A stretch of 61,035 bases of DNA from a virus (lineage: Duplodnaviria; Caudoviricetes): positions 1 to 61,035 of the IMG/VR virus record IMGVR_UViG_3300017729_000002; one strand, 5' to 3'. Position 1 is the first letter of the stretch; each line of letters opens with the position of its first letter. A program made the translations under genes and the position numbers. The notes beneath the pieces were generated by a model. It saw only the letters and a program-made list of their open reading frames with translations, was not told where the DNA came from and searched no databases. Positions 26,615-36,703 of this stretch are shown here, piece after piece.

Positions 26615-27919
26615 ATGAAATCACTATTCCCGAAGCAAGAAGACGCGCATAAGTTTTTCACTATTACCCAGCGGGAGGGACGCAACACACTAGACACCAG
26701 CGATGCTGGAACTGGGAAAACTGTAGTTGCCGCTGCGTTAGCAAAATCATTAGGACACCCTGTTGCTGTCCTGTGCCCGAAGCAAGTCATACCATCGTGG
26801 GAGCGAGAGCTCAAGGAGATGGGTGTGGAGCCACTATTCGTAATTAACTACGAAAAGATCCGAGGTGGTCGAACCAAGTGGATGACCAAGAAGGGTAAGA
26901 ATATCATGAAGTGGATTCTACCCATGGGCACACTAGTTCTGGTTGACGAGATCCATAAGTGCAAAGGTCCTTACACCCAGAACGCGCAAATGATCCTATC
27001 ACTTGTTAACCAAGGATACCAGATCCATGGGATGTCAGCTACCGCAGCTGAGGACCCAACCGAGATGAGGGCTATTGGTTATATGCTAAATCTCCACAAT
27101 CTTAATAAAGCCCAAGCACCACTTAGGTCGTGGTTCGGCTGGATGAAGCACTTTGGTTGCGAACAAGATTTCTGGAATCAGTGGAGATTAGTCAAAAAGA
27201 GCAAACTTAAAGAGCTCAGGACGGCCATGTATGGCATAAGCACTGACCGACTGTCCGTGCAGGATCTACCAGACGCCTTTAAAAAGAACCGTATCTTCGT
27301 TGAGCCAATCCAATTTAAGAATCTTGCCAAGATTAAGAAGGCTTACAAAGACTTAGGTCTCACACCTGAAATACTGGAGCAGTATATCGAGCACGGCACC
27401 GTCGAGAACAGTGAGCACGTGATCGTTAACATCATACGTGCACGCCAGTTAGCGGAGTCATTGAAAGTCCCAGACCTAGTGGAGATGGCAGAAGACCTGA
27501 TGCTTGAGGGTTTGTCCGTTGTTATCTTCGTCAGCTTTAAGGAGACCGTGGAGGCTCTATGTGAGAAGCTTTGCTGTGACCGTATCGAGGGTGGGCAGAA
27601 GTCCGACCGCCAGCAGGTCATCGATGACTTCCGAGATGACAAGACCACATGCGTGGTTGTCAACACGGCAGCGGGTGGCACAGGCATCTCCCTGCATGAT
27701 GTCAAGGGTGACCGACCACGTGTCAGCTTAATATCCCCACAGTTCTCCGCCAAGGATCATGTCCAAGTTCTAGGACGTATCCATCGCAATGGCATGAAGT
27801 CAGATGCACTTCAGAAGATTCTCGTCGCAAGTGGCAGCGTAGAGGAGGCAGTAATGTCTTCGATGCAACGTCGCCTCGACAACCTAGCAATAATGCAAAA
27901 CCAAAACCAAAACCAATAA
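26615..27919 (+). CDS. Superfamily 2 (SNF2-like) helicase
   Basis: GTGKT, DEIH, SAT, GTGISL, QVLGRIHR. Confidence 0.9.
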   Translation: MKSLFPKQEDAHKFFTITQREGRNTLDTSDAGTGKTVVAAALAKSLGHPVAVLCPKQVIPSWERELKEMGVEPLFVINYEKIRGGRTKWMTKKGKNIMKWILPMGTLVLVDEIHKCKGPYTQNAQMILSLVNQGYQIHGMSATAAEDPTEMRAIGYMLNLHNLNKAQAPLRSWFGWMKHFGCEQDFWNQWRLVKKSKLKELRTAMYGISTDRLSVQDLPDAFKKNRIFVEPIQFKNLAKIKKAYKDLGLTPEILEQYIEHGTVENSEHVIVNIIRARQLAESLKVPDLVEMAEDLMLEGLSVVIFVSFKETVEALCEKLCCDRIEGGQKSDRQQVIDDFRDDKTTCVVVNTAAGGTGISLHDVKGDRPRVSLISPQFSAKDHVQVLGRIHRNGMKSDALQKILVASGSVEEAVMSSMQRRLDNLAIMQNQNQNQ

Positions 27920-27933
27920 AACAAAACAACACC

Positions 27934-28101
27934 ATGAGTGAAGAAAATAAAGACAACGAACTCGACGAAATCCTAAAAAACCAGTTTGTGCAAGAGCTGC
28001 TTAAATTCGTAAGTGACATCCGAACTGCCTTAGGTGATGAAAAGGGTGATCTCGAAAACTCCGAAATCGTACAACGCGCAAAGGACGCATACAAAGGATA
28101 A
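27934..28101 (+). CDS. Small hypothetical protein (55 aa, not in ORF track)
   Basis: MSEENKDNELDEILKNQF...; A/C-rich leader; TAATG overlap with next gene. Confidence 0.65.
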   Translation: MSEENKDNELDEILKNQFVQELLKFVSDIRTALGDEKGDLENSEIVQRAKDAYKG

Positions 28102-29234
28102 TGTCAACGCAGCAGCCACACGCTGACCGAGGTCACGCAGAGTTCAGCCCATCTTCCCTGAAGTATGTGGCTGGGTGTGCTGCTTACCACGGCAAGGATG
28201 GTTCATCTCCAGCCGCTGAAATGGGTACTCGTATCCACGAGGCACTGGAAGTGCGCGATCCAGCAGCATTACACAACGAAGAGGAACTGGATCTATATAA
28301 CCGCTGTGCGGATATGGAAGACGAGTTTCTCGCTGATGCGTTCCCACCAGATGACGAGCGCACTGAGTTCTACGAAGTGCAAGTTGACGTAGATCTGGGT
28401 GAAACCCAAACCTATGGCACCTGTGACCGACTGAGTATATCATCAGATGGTAAGTTTGGAGTCCTTGCGGATTACAAGACAGGTATCAGCACCATAGATA
28501 AACCCCATGAGAACATGCAAGCGATTGCATATACCATTGGGGTGTTTCAAAAGTTCCCTGATCTGGAGACCATTATGTTTGCGTTCTATGTTCCTCAACG
28601 AGGTTCATTACCATTACTCGGTTCTTTTGTAAGAACTGAACTACCTGACCTTATTGAGGTTCTCGGTAATGTCATTAAGGAAGGTGAACGTGTCCGTCCC
28701 ATGTGGGGTGGTGGTCAATGCCCCCCAGCTGGGGAGTGTAACCCTACCCAGAATTGTAGGTTCTGTCGCCATGAAGATCGTTGCCCCGCTTTAGGTGGTC
28801 TCGTTCTGGATGTGGCTTCTAACTTACAACGCAAGGACTTCACAAACATAGACATTGAAGCTGTTGATGATCCAGCATCCATTGAGGAACTCTGGAACAT
28901 CTCGAAGATCGTAGAAGCGTGGGCCAAACGCCTACGCGCCCGAGCTATGGAAATGGCGCACGAAGGTGCTGAGTTCCCATCCCTTCGACTCTCATCTATG
29001 GGAGCTCCTACCAAAGTCGTAGACAACCACAAGTTCATTAAGATCGCCTCCGACATGGGTGTTGATACTGATGAGCTTTTAGACAGCGCCACATTTGCAG
29101 TAACTAAGACAGCTAAGCTTGTCGGTGAGACCGCAGACAAAGGCGAAAAAGGACAGAAGTCCGCAGAATTTCTGGACACTTGCAAAGACGCAGGTGCCCT
29201 CGAAAAACAAAAGGAGCGATTCACGCTCCGCTAA
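28101..29234 (+). CDS. DUF2800 / Cas4-like PD-(D/E)XK exonuclease
   Basis: HAEFSPSS, GTRIH, GTCD, DYKTG, C-terminal CRFC..CP. Confidence 0.85.
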   Translation: MSTQQPHADRGHAEFSPSSLKYVAGCAAYHGKDGSSPAAEMGTRIHEALEVRDPAALHNEEELDLYNRCADMEDEFLADAFPPDDERTEFYEVQVDVDLGETQTYGTCDRLSISSDGKFGVLADYKTGISTIDKPHENMQAIAYTIGVFQKFPDLETIMFAFYVPQRGSLPLLGSFVRTELPDLIEVLGNVIKEGERVRPMWGGGQCPPAGECNPTQNCRFCRHEDRCPALGGLVLDVASNLQRKDFTNIDIEAVDDPASIEELWNISKIVEAWAKRLRARAMEMAHEGAEFPSLRLSSMGAPTKVVDNHKFIKIASDMGVDTDELLDSATFAVTKTAKLVGETADKGEKGQKSAEFLDTCKDAGALEKQKERFTLR

Positions 29235-29262
29235 ACCAAAAAACAATAAACCATATAATAAT

Positions 29263-29913
29263 ATGCCAAAAGCAAAAGAAGAAGAAATTGAAGCAGCAAC
29301 AACCACAGCTGTCACTACCGTCGGACAAGAACTTACTATCGATGCCGACGATATCGATATCCCACGACTTAACGTCGTGCAGAAAATGTCCACTGGGGAC
29401 TTTGATCACGGAAGTCTTATCCTAGATAAGACCCACGAGATCTTACCTCGGGAGACTAAAGGACATTGCATCATCCTCGGTGCAATTAAGAAATGGAAAG
29501 AGGACATCGACTTCGACTCGGATGAGATGCCTCGGATCGTAGGAACAAAGCAAGAGATGGAACAGCTTAAGATAGATTCAGAATATCAAATTCTAGAATT
29601 TGCCGAGCTAATTCTTATGTTTGCCCAACCAGAAGGTAATACGGATGATGATGCGTTCCCCTTCCCAATTGGTGACAACAACTACTGTATCGGAAAGATC
29701 TACGTCCAGAAGGATGCATATCGTAAGACCTATAAAAGCCTTATGACGTTTGCTGCTTTCAACCGTGGGCTACCTCTGAACAGCCGTCTATGGAACTTTG
29801 AGTCTCAGATCATGAGCAAGGGTAAATACTCATGGTATGTCCCGACCCTCAGTGTGACTAAAGAGCACGTCCCAGAAGCAGTTGCAGACTTCGCAAACTC
29901 ATTCCAAGCATAG
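29263..29913 (+). CDS. Probable ssDNA-binding / annealing protein
   Basis: DIDIPRLNVVQKMS N-terminal motif and aromatic C-terminal strand; lies between the nuclease and the polymerase. Confidence 0.55.
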   Translation: MPKAKEEEIEAATTTAVTTVGQELTIDADDIDIPRLNVVQKMSTGDFDHGSLILDKTHEILPRETKGHCIILGAIKKWKEDIDFDSDEMPRIVGTKQEMEQLKIDSEYQILEFAELILMFAQPEGNTDDDAFPFPIGDNNYCIGKIYVQKDAYRKTYKSLMTFAAFNRGLPLNSRLWNFESQIMSKGKYSWYVPTLSVTKEHVPEAVADFANSFQA

Positions 29914-29917
29914 TTGT

Positions 29918-30100
29918 ATGAGTTCCCATTTAGACGTGATCTCTGAGGAGATTGCAACCGCCAATAAAATGCTCTCAGATCTCGATGACAACATCAAAAC
30001 TCTGCAAGAACATTACGCTCGCACGGTCGTTATCATTGACGCCTTCGAGAAAGCCAAAGGGCTCTTTGATATCCAAGAAGAGCTTTCACTAGAGGAGTAA
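29918..30100 (+). CDS. Small coiled-coil protein
   Basis: ORF in operon. Confidence 0.55.
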   Translation: MSSHLDVISEEIATANKMLSDLDDNIKTLQEHYARTVVIIDAFEKAKGLFDIQEELSLEE

Positions 30101-30124
30101 TCCCTAGTTTAATATACATGACCC

Positions 30125-30158
30125 ACCCACACCCCTATGACGTCATGGGGGTGTGGGT
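30125..30158. other. Long hairpin upstream of the DNA polymerase
   Basis: ACCCACACCCCTATGAC / GTCATGGGGGTGTGGGT near-perfect palindrome; terminator or processing site. Confidence 0.6.
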
Positions 30159-30198
30159 AAATTTATGCCAAATTACAATCACGGCACACACCAAAAAT

Positions 30199-31986
30199 AT
30201 GAATAATAAAATTACTTACGCGTTAGATTTTGAGACATTTTACAGCAACGACTGTAGTATCAGAACACTCGGCCCCTTGGGCTACTTCTCACACCACGAA
30301 TTTGATGCCTATATGGTCTCGGTTGTCGGCGATGATGGATACGAATTTGTTGGTCACCCCAAAGACTTCGATTGGGATATGCTAATTGACAATGTTGTCC
30401 TCGCCCACAATGCATCTTTTGATGAAACACTTTACAAGTATGGGACCACACAAGGCTGGTGGCCCGATGTCAAATACTCCGCATGGCACTGCACAGCAGA
30501 TCTTGCGGCTTATGTTGGTATACCAAGGAACCTCGCTGGTGCTTCAGAATATGCACTCGGAGTTAAGCCAGACAAGTCCACCCGAGACAACATGAAAGGA
30601 AAGCTCTGGGAAAACATGACACCAGAGTTTCAGGCGGAGGTCTCCGAATATGCATTAGTAGACTCACGTCTCTGCCTACAGCTGTGGCAGAAAATAGGTG
30701 ACGAGTGGCCAGAGCACGAAAGAGAAATCAGCCGTGTCAATAGGGAGGCTCTACAACGTGGCATACCCATTGATCAAGAAGAGCTCAAGATGGCACAAGA
30801 ACGTGTTAAGCAATACTTGTTTGATGCGGAGGCTAACATACCATGGCTTGGTGAGAAGCCGACCCTATCGAGAAAAGCCTTCAATGAAGAATGTCGGAAG
30901 ATGGGCATAGAGCCACCAGCCTCTCTAGCAAAAACAGACATTAAGGCACAGGAATGGATTAAGGAGCATGGGCAGAAGTATAAGTGGATTCAGGCGGTAT
31001 CTGAGTGGCGTAGGATCAACTCCTTACTTAAGAAGTTGGAAGCTATTGATTGTGCCACGATGCCAGACGGTCGCTATTACGGAAACATAATGTATTTTGG
31101 GGCACACACTGGTCGCTTCTCAGGGGGTGGCGGTAACTTTAACCTACAGAACCTGCCCCGAAAAGAAATGTTCGGGGCCGATCTACGCAAACTAATCTGT
31201 GCCCCTGAAGGCAAGAAGCTAGTCGTAGTTGACTTGTCTCAGATTGAGGTGCGGACGCTACTGTGGTTAGCAGAGGATTGGGACATGCTTAAAACTGTTG
31301 AACAGTCTGATGACATCTACGAGGCATTTGCCATAGAATTTGACATGTGGGATCCAGCTAAAGGATCTCTCAGGGTTGAGGACCCAGACACAAGAAACTT
31401 AGTAAAAGCAATTGTATTGGGCGCTGGGTTTATGGCAGGTCCGAAAGCCTTCGCAGCAGCATATGGTTACAGTGAGGAAGATTCACAATCCGCAATTGAC
31501 CTCTACCGAGCCAAGATGAAAAAAGTTGTTAAGTTATGGGACACCCTCAAGGAAAACCTAAATGGGTATCACCAGCTGGATGACAGAAACTGTGAACGAA
31601 AAGACCATGCGGAAGACTTGCCCCTCAGGCAAATTAAGTATGGTAAGCCCAAGCTAGTCAAAGGTAGGTTTGGGTATCCAGAGAACATCACTCAGATTAT
31701 TAAGCACTCGCGCCGAGTTGATGTCAGGATCTGGCAGGGTTTGATAACTGAGAACTTAGCACAGGGTTTAGCCCGCGACATATTTGCTGGCATGATGGTG
31801 GCACTTGATAAGGCTGGATATAAACTCCTGTTCCACGTTCACGATGAAGTTATTTTAGAGGTTGATGACGAAAATGCTTCCGAGGCTTTGAGCGATGTGG
31901 TAAGAATAATGTCGGAGCCGCCACCGTGGATACCAAACATCCCACTGTCCGCTGAGGGTTCTGTCCTGAAACACTACGAGAAATAA
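30199..31986 (+). CDS. polA: Family A DNA polymerase with 3'-5' exonuclease
   Basis: Exo I LDFET, Exo II AHNASFD, TGRFSG, motif A DLSQIEVR, motif B RNLVKAIVLG, motif C HVHDE. Confidence 0.95.
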   Translation: MNNKITYALDFETFYSNDCSIRTLGPLGYFSHHEFDAYMVSVVGDDGYEFVGHPKDFDWDMLIDNVVLAHNASFDETLYKYGTTQGWWPDVKYSAWHCTADLAAYVGIPRNLAGASEYALGVKPDKSTRDNMKGKLWENMTPEFQAEVSEYALVDSRLCLQLWQKIGDEWPEHEREISRVNREALQRGIPIDQEELKMAQERVKQYLFDAEANIPWLGEKPTLSRKAFNEECRKMGIEPPASLAKTDIKAQEWIKEHGQKYKWIQAVSEWRRINSLLKKLEAIDCATMPDGRYYGNIMYFGAHTGRFSGGGGNFNLQNLPRKEMFGADLRKLICAPEGKKLVVVDLSQIEVRTLLWLAEDWDMLKTVEQSDDIYEAFAIEFDMWDPAKGSLRVEDPDTRNLVKAIVLGAGFMAGPKAFAAAYGYSEEDSQSAIDLYRAKMKKVVKLWDTLKENLNGYHQLDDRNCERKDHAEDLPLRQIKYGKPKLVKGRFGYPENITQIIKHSRRVDVRIWQGLITENLAQGLARDIFAGMMVALDKAGYKLLFHVHDEVILEVDDENASEALSDVVRIMSEPPPWIPNIPLSAEGSVLKHYEK

Positions 31987-31990
31987 GACC

Positions 31991-34168
31991 ATGAAATATT
32001 TTTACATTGAGAATCTAAGAAGTTCCGACATCACCATTGTCAAAGATTTGTCCAAGACAAAATCAAAAGTCCCCCACCACAAAACCAAATCGGATCACCG
32101 TAAGTGGTCAGCTGAGCCGTCCACCAAGCATGTCTTTTACAATACCGTAGAAGCGGATTCTCCACGGGAGCGTGTCGGAGTTGATAACCCACCCCGCTTG
32201 ATCTATGGTGTCGTAGGTGACTATGATGCAGCGGTAGACTGGAGCGCAATTGAAGATGTCCTAGAAAAGGCGGCATACACACCGACATGGATTTCACAAA
32301 CACACAGTGGGTACATGCGTCTAGTATGGGAGTTTGAATCACCTGTCCCTACGTCTGATGAAATGTTCCCAGCGTTCATGAAACAGATAGCGCGAATCCT
32401 GACACTGCAAAAGCTACATGCAGGTTTTGATAGCACGTCCATGAAGTCGTCCCAGTATTTTGACTTGGGGACAAACTGGAAGCAGATTGGGGTTTCCCTA
32501 CCTAAGTCTGTGACACAAACCGCAGCTATCAAAGCAGCGTCCGCACAAGCCCCCCGATCTGGTGATGTGGTTATCCCAATCGACGTCGTTGCGGCTGAGG
32601 TAGAAAGCAGATTCCCAGCTAGGTGGACCAACCCATTTGAAGTTGGGCAACGTGGACCCCTGTTCTGGATCAATGATGGCATTGAGAGGGATGGTTGTCA
32701 GGTTGTTGAAGATGGTATTGTCTGTTATTCCGACCGTGCAGGTAAAGGGTTTGTTACATGGGCTGAGATCTTTGGACGTAAATTCGTGCAAGATTATGAG
32801 CAAGAAAAAGTAGGTAGCTTGCTTGACGACTATTGGTATAACGGTAAGAGCTACTACAAGATGAGCTATGGACAAGCAGTCAGCATCAATGAGGCGCAGG
32901 TAATGCGTGAGCTCAAGAAGGCTGGTTTCTCTCAGAAGCCCAGCAAAGGCAAAAACACTTCGGAGATTGACGAGGCTATTCTAGCCATCTGCAACGTGAA
33001 CCGAGTAAATGATATAGCCCCTGTCATCTTCTCCACAGATCGAATCGTGGAGTTTAACTCAAATCGTATTCTCAATACGGCTTGCCTGTGCCCCACGCAA
33101 GCGGACAGTGATGGTGACATTAGTAAGTGGCCTTTTATACACGAGTGGCTACACCAGTTGTTTGCCAATAGTGCTGATCAGCGGCCTACGGTAGAATACT
33201 TTTTTGCTTGGCTACAGCGGTTCTATATTGCCGTGATGAACCACCAGCTAACTCAAGGGCAAGCTCTATTGTTAGTGGGTCCTACCAACAAAGGGAAGTC
33301 TCTGTTGTCAAACAAAGTTATCGCTGCATTAGTCGGCGGCTTCTCTGATGCGAGTGAATACCTCAGTGGCATCAGTCAGTTCAACAAGGACCTAGCTCGA
33401 GTTGCAGCATGGGTGGTAGACGATACCACTTCGGCTGCTTCGTTCCAAGACCAGCTAAAAGCCACCGAGCTTATCAAGCGTGCTGTAGCCAACCCTCGTA
33501 TGGAATACATGGCTAAGTATGCGGATGCTATGTCTGTGCCTTGGACTGGTCGAGTTATTATGTCCCTTAACGAAGACGCTAATAGCCTGTCGGTTATTCC
33601 AGCCCTCGATTCTTCTAACCGTGACAAGATTATGGCACTGAGAATATCAGACAAGGCGACGAGTAGCTTCCCGCCAAACCACGTCTTGGAAGATATAATC
33701 GAGCAGGAACTACCACACTTCGCTCGATGGTTACTAGACCACCAACCACATGAGGATATTATGGACGGTCCCGCTAGGTTTGGTGTAGTTAGCTTTATTG
33801 ACGAGAAGATCGCTGAGGCTGCCTACGACAACTCAAGCCGCAGTAGTGTGGCTGAGCTAGTTGACTGGTTTGCCAAACAGGCAAGGAACTACACGGATGA
33901 CATTGAGTGGCGTGGGACACTGACTGAGTTCCTTATCTCTACGATGGGTTTCAATGAGGGACGCGCAGTCGGTCGGAGTAACAACCCCGAGTTCGTTCGA
34001 CGTGGGATGTGCACGATGGAGGAAACTACCAAGTCCAACACCAGCGTCAGACCTGTAAGGTCAGAGGGGCGCGGTGGTGGAAAGATATGGGTTATCAATC
34101 TCGAAGAGAGATTCGATATCGAGAAAGTGGGTCAGACAGTTCCTACATCAAGTTTGGCACAGACATAG
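31991..34168 (+). CDS. Primase-helicase (AEP-like N-terminus, SF3-like P-loop NTPase)
   Basis: VVGDYD and QTHSGYMRL primase-like motifs; Walker A GPTNKGKS, Walker B WVVDD. Confidence 0.75.
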   Translation: MKYFYIENLRSSDITIVKDLSKTKSKVPHHKTKSDHRKWSAEPSTKHVFYNTVEADSPRERVGVDNPPRLIYGVVGDYDAAVDWSAIEDVLEKAAYTPTWISQTHSGYMRLVWEFESPVPTSDEMFPAFMKQIARILTLQKLHAGFDSTSMKSSQYFDLGTNWKQIGVSLPKSVTQTAAIKAASAQAPRSGDVVIPIDVVAAEVESRFPARWTNPFEVGQRGPLFWINDGIERDGCQVVEDGIVCYSDRAGKGFVTWAEIFGRKFVQDYEQEKVGSLLDDYWYNGKSYYKMSYGQAVSINEAQVMRELKKAGFSQKPSKGKNTSEIDEAILAICNVNRVNDIAPVIFSTDRIVEFNSNRILNTACLCPTQADSDGDISKWPFIHEWLHQLFANSADQRPTVEYFFAWLQRFYIAVMNHQLTQGQALLLVGPTNKGKSLLSNKVIAALVGGFSDASEYLSGISQFNKDLARVAAWVVDDTTSAASFQDQLKATELIKRAVANPRMEYMAKYADAMSVPWTGRVIMSLNEDANSLSVIPALDSSNRDKIMALRISDKATSSFPPNHVLEDIIEQELPHFARWLLDHQPHEDIMDGPARFGVVSFIDEKIAEAAYDNSSRSSVAELVDWFAKQARNYTDDIEWRGTLTEFLISTMGFNEGRAVGRSNNPEFVRRGMCTMEETTKSNTSVRPVRSEGRGGGKIWVINLEERFDIEKVGQTVPTSSLAQT

Positions 34169-35129
34169 ACCCAGCACCTGCTGGTTGGAACTTCACTGTG
34201 GGCTTAGCAGACCCACGGTGAGCATCCATCTCCTCTTCAAGGAGGATACGGCATACACCCCAGTGGTAGTTTGCACGCTCAACATCAGCATTATCCTCAG
34301 CAATGAAACCAAGCAGCCCGTGTTTGATTGCATTGAGGTTTCCAAGATGGACAATATCCTGCACTGATTGAAGTGGGATGAACTTCCGTTTCATCAAAAG
34401 GCGCACATGTTTAGTCAAATTGGTTGGATTAGAGAGCCTGAGACGGCGATAGCGGGCAACTTGATTGCCCTCCCCCCGCGCTAGCGTCAGTATGACGCCT
34501 TTCCAGTCCTCCGAATCAGCAGCAAAGTCCACGGTTCCCACGTTGTCGGTGTCTACCGCTACAATCTTGACGTCGAAGGGGACGGTTTCAAATACGATGG
34601 ATGTGATCCGAGTCGCATCTGAGTTAGTTCCAACCATGGCAGTAGACTCATCAAGCTGGAAGATCTCTTCGCCGAGTTCCCCGTTGGTGTTCAGGTAGCT
34701 AACAATAACGCGCCCGCAATCTGGTAGTGTAGCCCCTTCCTTAAGTGGGCGTGCGTAGAGCTTGTATTGCTTGGAACGATTGAGGTCAATAATTGAAGGG
34801 GCATAGCCATCATCCACCACACCATACAATGGGTCTGGGCCGCTGCCTACTGTGCTCGATCCTGAACCCGTTAACTTGTAATCATGCCACAGGGATCTGA
34901 CAGCCGTAGTATTGTCATCAATGGTCGCTGCCATCAGGGACTCGGCACCATCAGGGAGGGAGAAGTATTGGTGATCTGTGACCACGGTATCCTCATACAC
35001 CAAATCACGCCAGTAGCCCATGCTATATATCCTCGGAAGCACCATATTAAGGCTGGTGAGGAAATCAAAATCGGGGCGAACGTAGTCATTTAGAGACTGG
35101 TTAATGGCTGATAAGGTGAGGGCGGGCAT
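34143..35129 (-). CDS. Probable head-tail adaptor / tail tubular protein
   Basis: Helical N- and C-termini around a beta-rich core; end of the tail operon. Confidence 0.5.
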   Translation of the reverse strand: MPALTLSAINQSLNDYVRPDFDFLTSLNMVLPRIYSMGYWRDLVYEDTVVTDHQYFSLPDGAESLMAATIDDNTTAVRSLWHDYKLTGSGSSTVGSGPDPLYGVVDDGYAPSIIDLNRSKQYKLYARPLKEGATLPDCGRVIVSYLNTNGELGEEIFQLDESTAMVGTNSDATRITSIVFETVPFDVKIVAVDTDNVGTVDFAADSEDWKGVILTLARGEGNQVARYRRLRLSNPTNLTKHVRLLMKRKFIPLQSVQDIVHLGNLNAIKHGLLGFIAEDNADVERANYHWGVCRILLEEEMDAHRGSAKPTVKFQPAGAGSMSVPNLM

Positions 35130-35136
35130 AATTTTA

Positions 35137-35165
35137 ATGGTAGCAGATTAAGGAATCAGGGTCAA
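35137..35165 (-). promoter_or_regulatory. sigma70-type promoter, apparently leaderless
   Basis: TTGACC-17-(TGn)TACCAT-7 nt-ATG(35129). Confidence 0.65.
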
Positions 35166-35178
35166 GGGTTGAGGATTA

Positions 35179-36081
35179 TCAAGGTTGTTGTGACTCGTAG
35201 TTATAAAAGTTAAAGGAACCAGAGGGTGGTAAGCCAGTAGCAGTCCATGTGGTTTGTGTTCGTTCGCCTGCAAAAAAATCGGCATCCCTGCCCTGCCAGT
35301 AGGCTGCAACAAATGGAAACCCGTCTATGGACACGGTGGTTACGTTATCAGGTTGCGCTTGTCTTTCGCGCCTGTTGCCGTAGAACGGTCCGAACTCAGC
35401 CCACCAGTTCGGATAAGGAAATAATCCACCGTCACTTTCCCAATCTCCGTCTTCTGCGAAGTTGCCATATGCAACCCCATTAGCATCAACACCTTCAACA
35501 CCACTATGCATCTGGAGGGCTCCGATGGGGAATCCGTAACCAATATGGTTTGCTTCGTCGTCAACGTCCCCATCATACATCTTAACAAACGGTCCAAAAT
35601 TTACTGAAGCGAATACATCACCTGGATATGTAAATGAGTGTATTTCTCTTGAGGATTCAGCTGGGCCACAAGCTGCTCTCTGTCGAGGCTCAACCTCCTC
35701 CTCTGAATACCTCAAATATTGGAAGTAATCGTCGCCACGTTCTTCAGAGTGAATGGTAGATAACTTAAAGGGCTCCACACCCCATCCTTCTTCCCCATCA
35801 GGATACGCGACATCCGTAAAGATGAGCTCATAAGTTGTTTCTTCCGCTTCGCTTCCATCAGGATACACGGCCTCTGCGGGAATTAAAACAACTTGGAGTT
35901 TAAGTATGTCTTCTGTAATTTCAACGGAAGCCAAGTTAAAAACCAAAGCAGAGGCTTGCTCTAGCGTCATGGGTTCAACATATGCGTAATTAGAGACATC
36001 CATATTCTCAATGCAGAAGGGTAAATTCTGCTGTAAGAATGATTCGGTCGGGTCAGTTATTTCTGGGACAGCGTCATCCAT
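35179..36081 (-). CDS. Acidic probable tail protein
   Basis: Tail operon; beta-rich composition. Confidence 0.55.
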   Translation of the reverse strand: MDDAVPEITDPTESFLQQNLPFCIENMDVSNYAYVEPMTLEQASALVFNLASVEITEDILKLQVVLIPAEAVYPDGSEAEETTYELIFTDVAYPDGEEGWGVEPFKLSTIHSEERGDDYFQYLRYSEEEVEPRQRAACGPAESSREIHSFTYPGDVFASVNFGPFVKMYDGDVDDEANHIGYGFPIGALQMHSGVEGVDANGVAYGNFAEDGDWESDGGLFPYPNWWAEFGPFYGNRRERQAQPDNVTTVSIDGFPFVAAYWQGRDADFFAGERTQTTWTATGLPPSGSFNFYNYESQQP

Positions 36082-36084
36082 ATC

Positions 36085-36699
36085 TTAAAGGGGGATAAAG
36101 GCTGGCAATGCAACACCCCTGAAGCAGGAATCATTAATGACCATGTTGCTCCTTACCAACTGCGTGACTATGTATCGGTCTGCGGGTGTCGGATCGTCTG
36201 GTAAGTCTGGGTTGTTCCGTATTAGAGCAATTGGGGTCTTAGAGTGGGTGAGGTCTTTTATATTATTTGGGTCAGCAAAAGCATCTTCAGGCAGATACCT
36301 TTTCCATACCTCCGTCTCCCCATCGTCTCTTGATGCCACTTCAAATGTTACATTTTTATCCTCAATCCCATACTGAAAATATATCACTGACTCTCCTGTA
36401 ATGTCTATTCCCAGAGCGGCTAACTCAATATTTACATATTTTCCTTTTGTCACTCCTTCGTTCGTGACTCCATCCTCGGTGACAAGGGAGAGATGTGAAG
36501 GGTCATAAATCAATGTCCCTGTAGTTGATAGCACCCACTTCGGTCTTCCTGTCTCAGGAAAATCTGGGTCATTGATAATGGTTATTTTCCATGGGTGTAC
36601 ATCACCACTACCACCACTAAACCTTGATGGTGGGAAGTCAACTAGTGGGTCCGTTTGGTAGTAATTCGTGGGTCCTCCGCTGTAATCAGGATAGGGCAT
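36085..36699 (-). CDS. Probable tail protein
   Basis: Tail operon; HPWKI motif. Confidence 0.55.
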   Translation of the reverse strand: MPYPDYSGGPTNYYQTDPLVDFPPSRFSGGSGDVHPWKITIINDPDFPETGRPKWVLSTTGTLIYDPSHLSLVTEDGVTNEGVTKGKYVNIELAALGIDITGESVIYFQYGIEDKNVTFEVASRDDGETEVWKRYLPEDAFADPNNIKDLTHSKTPIALIRNNPDLPDDPTPADRYIVTQLVRSNMVINDSCFRGVALPAFIPL

Positions 36700-36703
36700 T
36701 GTA

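Noticed and set aside
28101-29234. Cas4 of a CRISPR system
   Set aside because: No cas1/cas2 or array; it sits in a standard helicase-nuclease-SSB-PolA module
30118-31986. 2-aminoadenine (Z) genome pathway
   Set aside because: No PurZ or DatZ-like gene found
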